Below are positions 59,386-64,000 of a stretch of 64,000 nt of DNA, piece after piece. The position numbers and the translations under genes were made by a program. The notes under the pieces were generated by a model that worked only from the letters and a program-made list of their open reading frames with translations, ran no database searches and was not told where the DNA came from. Source of the DNA: Desulfatiglandales bacterium (GTDB taxonomy: Bacteria; Desulfobacterota; DSM-4660; Desulfatiglandales; Desulfatiglandaceae); contig OY759599.1 of assembly GCA_963662465.1 (NCBI GenBank), positions 4,256,001-4,320,000 on the forward strand. Direction: 5' to 3'. Within the stretch, counting starts at the first letter, position 1. Each line of letters opens with the position of its first letter.

Positions 59386-60427
59386 GGGCGGTTTGCGTTA
59401 TGACGGCCCTGTTTCGAGCCATTTCAGTCGCCATAAGGATAGCGGCCTTCAGGCTCGATGAATCGGCCCGACCGGTTCCGGCAATATCGTAGGCGGTGCC
59501 ATGGTCCACCGAGGTGCGGATAATGGGCAGGCCCAGGGTGACATTGACCGCATCGGAAAAGTGAAGGAGCTTTAAGGGAATAAGTCCCTGATCATGGTAC
59601 ATGGCCACCACCGCATCAAATCGACCGGAAGCGGCCTGGTGGAACAACGTGTCCGCGGGAAATGGCCCTTCCAGCATAAACCCATGGTCCCGAGCCTTTA
59701 AAATAGCCGGTTTGATAATGGTTTGTTCCTCGGTTCCAAAGAGACCTTCTTCCCCTGCATGGGGATTCAGGGCAGCTACCGCCAAGCGCGGCCGGGAAAG
59801 TCCGAAATCCTCCTTCAGAGCCTTGGCCGTAATCCGAATGGTTTTATAGACGCCGGCCTCGGTCAGAAGATCAGGCACGGCTTTGAGGGCGCAGTGGATA
59901 GTCACCAGCACCACGCGAAGTTTAGTACCCGCCAGCATCATCACATAATCCCCGGTGTCCGTTTTTTCCGCAATCAGTTGGGTATGTCCGTCATACGTGT
60001 ACCCGGCCTGATGCATGAGTACTTTGCTGATGGGAGCGGTGACCATGCCCTGGATTTCATCCCGAAGCGCCATGTCCACGGCCCGCAGAATATAGTCCAC
60101 CATGGCCTTTCCCCCCGCCACAACAGGTTTGCCCGGCTCTATAGCTTCCGGACCCAAGTCCGACAGGGGAATCAGATCCATTACGCCCGGCTTGCCCAGC
60201 GCCTGGGCAGGGACTGAAATGGGATTAATGGACATCTTTTTGGACAAAGGGCTTGTCGCATTCCGAGCCATGCGCGAAATGGCGGCGGAAAGAACAGCCC
60301 CGTCCCCCAGAACGATGGGCCGACAGACTTCATAAACCCGGCTGTCGGCCAGGGCCATGGCGATGATCTCAGGGCCGATGCCGGCCGGGTCTCCCATGGT
60401 AATGCCGATGTAAGGCAGTGTTTTCAA
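59375..60427 (-). CDS. pdxA: 4-hydroxythreonine-4-phosphate dehydrogenase
   Basis: [38 protein letters not shown] start at 60427 after GGGAG (GTG at 60448 is an alternative). Confidence 0.93.
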   Translation of the reverse strand: MKTLPYIGITMGDPAGIGPEIIAMALADSRVYEVCRPIVLGDGAVLSAAISRMARNATSPLSKKMSINPISVPAQALGKPGVMDLIPLSDLGPEAIEPGKPVVAGGKAMVDYILRAVDMALRDEIQGMVTAPISKVLMHQAGYTYDGHTQLIAEKTDTGDYVMMLAGTKLRVVLVTIHCALKAVPDLLTEAGVYKTIRITAKALKEDFGLSRPRLAVAALNPHAGEEGLFGTEEQTIIKPAILKARDHGFMLEGPFPADTLFHQAASGRFDAVVAMYHDQGLIPLKLLHFSDAVNVTLGLPIIRTSVDHGTAYDIAGTGRADSSSLKAAILMATEMARNRAVITQTAHVY

Positions 60428-60450
60428 AATATAAGACTCCCTATTCACAT

Positions 60451-60501
60451 AAAAAGAGGCCCAGCCCCCGATAATGATTCAGAACATATGGGCCGGGCCT
60501 C
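60451..60501 (-). terminator. Terminator-like hairpin just upstream of pdxA
   Basis: Minus strand GAGGCCCGGCCC (22-nt loop) GGGCTGGGCCTC TTTTT. Confidence 0.5.
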
Positions 60502-60529
60502 AAACCATTTAGGCTTAAACATCTTTGGT

Positions 60530-60655
60530 TCAAATGCCGAGTTCCTCCTCTGAAAGCGCCTTCAACAGGGTCACCTCATGGGATTCCACCACACTGGCCC
60601 ATTTGCCCATCATTTCCCGCATTTCCGCGTCCAAATACATCTTTTCAGTTCCCAT
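60530..60655 (-). CDS. Small ORF, 41 aa (MGTEKMYLDAEMREMMGKWASVVESHEVTLLKALSEEELGI)
   Basis: Manual translation; protein-like composition; weak RBS; may be a gene remnant. Confidence 0.35.
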   Translation of the reverse strand: MGTEKMYLDAEMREMMGKWASVVESHEVTLLKALSEEELGI

Positions 60656-60743
60656 GGTCTCATGTTTTAAAAAAAATTACCAATCCTTATTCCCCGCCGC
60701 AAGTGAAAAAAAGCATTGTTACCCGGTATGGCTTTTACAAGCC

Positions 60744-61499
60744 TCAGGAACTCGAATGTAGCGGACGCAAAATGCGAGCCACCCTTGCCTTTATTTTTTC
60801 ATAATGGGTTCCCTTCCAATAGAGCCTGTCGCAGGATGGGCAGCGGGCAAAATCATTGCAGCGCTTCCGGGTCCTGGGTGGAATCCGTTGCCATACGGCG
60901 TCTTTTGCCACCGCCTCAAGAAGCGTGTTACAGCAAAGGCATCGCGAAAAGGGGTTACACAGCTCTTTTAAGGAAAGACGGTTCAAAATCCTTCGAATCT
61001 GTTCCTCCCGGTTGCCGGGCCGAATGAAAATGCCGCAGGCAACACGCCTCAGTTTAAGTAGTTGCCGACTGGCGGTCAGAATAATTCGGCTCTCATTTCC
61101 GGCCATGTCGGCAATTTCACCTGAAGACAGTCTTCTGTCTTCCATCACATCCAAGCCGAGTGCGCGCATGATTTTCACAACATCATGGATGTTGACATCC
61201 GCAATGAAACGGGGTCTTCCAGGGGGCAAGCATCCAAGGTGCGTCACACCCGAGATGCTTAGAGATTCAAAGAGGGGATACACGCTGATGCGATCGTGAT
61301 CCTGAAGGATGTAGGTAAAATCAATCGATTTTCCGTTTGCCAGGAGAAGATCCACCTCCGTATGAGGAATCCCCAGCGCCTCAATCTTGTCCTTGACCGA
61401 TTCCCGCCCCTTAAATCCGCTTTCAAAATCCCGTTGTCGGACATCCTTTGGCAAAAAATCGTTCAACTCCCCGTAAAAACGACATGTAATTTCCGGCAT
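60744..61499 (-). CDS. Ubiquitin-like + Mut7-C RNase domain protein
   Basis: RFYGELNDFL, SVKDKIEALGIPHTEVD; RCLCCN...CPSCDRLYWKGTH Zn ribbon. Confidence 0.88.
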   Translation of the reverse strand: MPEITCRFYGELNDFLPKDVRQRDFESGFKGRESVKDKIEALGIPHTEVDLLLANGKSIDFTYILQDHDRISVYPLFESLSISGVTHLGCLPPGRPRFIADVNIHDVVKIMRALGLDVMEDRRLSSGEIADMAGNESRIILTASRQLLKLRRVACGIFIRPGNREEQIRRILNRLSLKELCNPFSRCLCCNTLLEAVAKDAVWQRIPPRTRKRCNDFARCPSCDRLYWKGTHYEKIKARVARILRPLHSSS

Positions 61500-61618
61500 G
61501 GCTGACTTTCGGTGGATTTATGCCACCCCTTCCAATTTTGAATGATGAATGTTAGAGTATGCTCAATTTGTCAGGGGATTTCAATTTTTTTAGCGACAAT
61601 ATTCATATAAGGAGTACA

Positions 61619-62536
61619 ATGAACAACACACGCCAAATCGCCTTTGGTTTTTCAACCCGTTGCAACATCAAATGTGAGCATTGCGTTGCAGCTCACGACG
61701 GTTCGCCCGAAATGAAAATGGCACTCCCAAAGGCCATCGAGATCATTGATGAATTGTCCCGTGCCGGCGTTACCGGCATCAGTTTCACGGCCGGAGAACC
61801 CTTGCTGTATTTAAAGGAAATGAAGGAACTGGTTCGAAGGTGCCAAAAACATCACATTTATTCAAGGATCGTCACCAACGGCTACTGGGGCAAAACCGAG
61901 GAGAGTTCGGATCAGATGGTCGCAACCCTGAAAGATTGCGGATTATCCCAATTGAGAATCAGCTTCAGCCGCTGGCATCAAAAAAATGTGAGGCGGGAAA
62001 ACATCCTCAATGCCGCATTGAGCTGCCGAAAATATGACCTCAATTATTTCATATCCTTTGTTACGGATTTCAGAAAGGAAGACGACGCACCGGAACAGTT
62101 TCTTCAGGACAACCACCTGAAATATTTTCCGGAACCCCTCATCTATTTCGGCAACGCAACAAAACTCGACCGACCCCCGGTTTTTACCGATTACCCTGCC
62201 CACCGGTGCGCCATGAACCCCTATCTGTCACCCGAACTGGACATGTTTGCCTGCTGTGATGCCGGCACGCAGTTTACAAAAACGGATGCCTTTTACCTTG
62301 GCAATTTAAAAAACCATTCCATTGACCATCTATTCCGGAAAAAGGAAAAGAACCTCCTTTTTCACCTGATTAAAACCATGGGGCTTACCACCATGGCGTC
62401 ATTTCTAGGATTCAAGGCCAGTGAAATTGTAAAGTACAGAAAATGCGACCTGTGTGAAACGCTTTTCAATTCGACCGAACATCTGGAACGGCTGAAAACA
62501 TCCGCAGCCACGGAACTCCTTCACTGGACACGATAA
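61619..62536 (+). CDS. Radical SAM protein, YydG/EpeE-like with auxiliary-cluster cysteines
   Basis: Start MNNTRQ after AAGGAG; CNIKCEHC, FTAGEP, TNGYWG, RC...ACCD...CDLC. Confidence 0.8.
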   Translation: MNNTRQIAFGFSTRCNIKCEHCVAAHDGSPEMKMALPKAIEIIDELSRAGVTGISFTAGEPLLYLKEMKELVRRCQKHHIYSRIVTNGYWGKTEESSDQMVATLKDCGLSQLRISFSRWHQKNVRRENILNAALSCRKYDLNYFISFVTDFRKEDDAPEQFLQDNHLKYFPEPLIYFGNATKLDRPPVFTDYPAHRCAMNPYLSPELDMFACCDAGTQFTKTDAFYLGNLKNHSIDHLFRKKEKNLLFHLIKTMGLTTMASFLGFKASEIVKYRKCDLCETLFNSTEHLERLKTSAATELLHWTR

Positions 62537-62545
62537 CACCCCCCC

Positions 62546-64000
62546 CTACCATTTAAAGTCTTTGTCCTTCTTGAGAAGAATCCGGGCATCGGCAATACCG
62601 AATCCCTGTTCATAGGCGATCACGGGATTCAGATCGATTTCCTGGATGTCCTTATAGGACCCAACCACTTCCGATATGGTCAACAGGAGACTTTTAAGCG
62701 CTTTTCGATCCACCGGCGGGTTGCCCCGAAAACCGTTCAACAGTTCCACGGACCGGATTTCATCGATCATCCGGCGGGCGGACCGCTCGGAGATGGGCAG
62801 CACGCGGAATACGACATCCTTCAAAACCTCCACCAGGACGCCCCCGATGCCGAACATGATGACGGGACCGAATTGATCGTCCATTTTGGTGCCCACAATC
62901 AGCTCAAGACCCTGTTTCATCATGGGCTCCACCAAGACCCCATGAATTTCGGCCTTTGCATTGTAAGCGGTCGCCCCCTTTAAGACGGCATCATAGGCGG
63001 CCCGTATCTCCGCTTCAGTGGTCAGGTTGAGTTGCACGCCACCGGCATCACTCTTGTGCGAAATCTCTGGCGACACGATTTTAATGGCCACGGGTCCTTC
63101 CATTTCAGATGCCGCTGCAACCGCTTCATCCGCTGATTGGACCAGTCTGTTCTGAAAATGCTGACCACCATGCAACCCCAACAACTCCTTGGCTTCATAC
63201 TCAAAAAGAGCGCTGCGATGTTCCGCCCGGGCCTTTTGAAAGATCTCGCGGCCCCGTGGTTTGGCCTTTTCACCCTTGCTGAAGACGAATTTCTGTCTGG
63301 CTTTGTAACTGCGCAGGTAATTCCCGTATTCCGAAAGCACCGAAATGCTCTTACAGGAGACTTCAAGGGAGTCATACACGGGGATCTTGTAATAGCGAAG
63401 CAGGTCCAGGGAGTGGGGCCGTGCATAGTTGTACAGACTATGAACCACAATGGGTTTACCGATATCCTTGACCAGTTTTCCCATTCGGTGTGCTGCGTCT
63501 TCCTCTACAAATTCGAGACTTTTGGCAAAACGGATGTTATAACCGCCGAAGAGACCCACCACCAGCAACCCGCCCACCTGAGGGTCATGGAGCATGATTT
63601 CGGCGCAATCCGCGAAAACCGCCGGATTTTCATCGGCCCCGCCCGCGATGTCAACGGGATTTCGAGTCGATGCCCCCTCAGGCAGCAGGGCCTTGAGCTT
63701 CTTCCGGGTTTTCTCCCCCATGCGCGGAATATGCACGCCCAGATCCGTCAACTTGTCCGCCGCAATGGTAGCATGTCCCCCACCGTCCGCCAGAATAGCG
63801 ACGCTCTGATTTTTGATATGGGGAAGGCTGGCCAGTGTTTCGGCCGCGGGGAACAATTCATCGGAATCTTCAATGACAATAATGCCCGCCCTTTGGAACG
63901 CGGTCCGAGCCACCTCCGATATGCCGGCCAACGCCCCGGTGTGAGACCCCGCCGAAAGTTTTCCCGCGGCGGAACGGCCGCTCTTGAGCATCACAATGGG
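62546..64000 (-). CDS. ADP-forming acetate/acyl-CoA ligase family protein (3' part; start outside the window)
   Basis: SHTGALAG (phospho-His), NPVDIAG, KIVSPEISHKSDAGGV ATP-grasp, EIDLNP. Confidence 0.9.
   Translation of the reverse strand, partial: PIVMLKSGRSAAGKLSAGSHTGALAGISEVARTAFQRAGIIVIEDSDELFPAAETLASLPHIKNQSVAILADGGGHATIAADKLTDLGVHIPRMGEKTRKKLKALLPEGASTRNPVDIAGGADENPAVFADCAEIMLHDPQVGGLLVVGLFGGYNIRFAKSLEFVEEDAAHRMGKLVKDIGKPIVVHSLYNYARPHSLDLLRYYKIPVYDSLEVSCKSISVLSEYGNYLRSYKARQKFVFSKGEKAKPRGREIFQKARAEHRSALFEYEAKELLGLHGGQHFQNRLVQSADEAVAAASEMEGPVAIKIVSPEISHKSDAGGVQLNLTTEAEIRAAYDAVLKGATAYNAKAEIHGVLVEPMMKQGLELIVGTKMDDQFGPVIMFGIGGVLVEVLKDVVFRVLPISERSARRMIDEIRSVELLNGFRGNPPVDRKALKSLLLTISEVVGSYKDIQEIDLNPVIAYEQGFGIADARILLKKDKDFKW

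Noticed and set aside
1..64000. CRISPR array, tRNA/rRNA genes, selenocysteine read-through, and the many antisense ORFs in the track
   Set aside because: No regularly spaced 25-40 bp repeats or cloverleaf/rRNA signatures were seen; the redox proteins use Cys codons; antisense ORFs lie opposite well-supported genes and carry no motifs.

Overview
This is a mostly housekeeping chromosomal region from an anaerobic, Desulfobacterota-like (deltaproteobacterial) organism; the taxon is inferred from gene content such as the split Fo operon, rubrerythrin, CooC and an archaeal-type ThyA. Core content includes recD2, asnS, serC, cooC, HU, a core-MetE (MesB-like) methionine synthase, a Liv-type ABC importer with two embedded acyl-CoA-ligase-family genes, rpsB-tsf-frr-uppS-cdsA-dxr-rseP-tsaB (no pyrH), psd-rsmD-coaD-ihf, thrS-infC-rpmI-rplT-pheS-pheT-merR, btuFCD, a DAHP synthase, a MATE exporter, thyA-rlmN, atpZIBE-rex, uvrA and pdxA. 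An accessory patch at about 43.7-47.6 kb holds two broken toxin-antitoxin relics and a 2.5-kb IS that is itself interrupted by a 155-bp MITE (8-bp TSD) carrying a REP doublet. The most notable observations are: (1) an unannotated Trp/Phe-rich leader peptide upstream of the DAHP synthase followed by two tandem terminators that appear structurally coupled; (2) an in-frame flavodoxin-thiol peroxidase fusion in a rubrerythrin-flavodoxin operon; (3) an EpeE/YydG-like radical SAM enzyme with no obvious precursor peptide; (4) an acyl-CoA-ligase-like protein with degenerate catalytic motifs inside the ABC cluster. No rRNA, tRNA or CRISPR array was seen. All family calls come from motif recognition by eye, not database searches.
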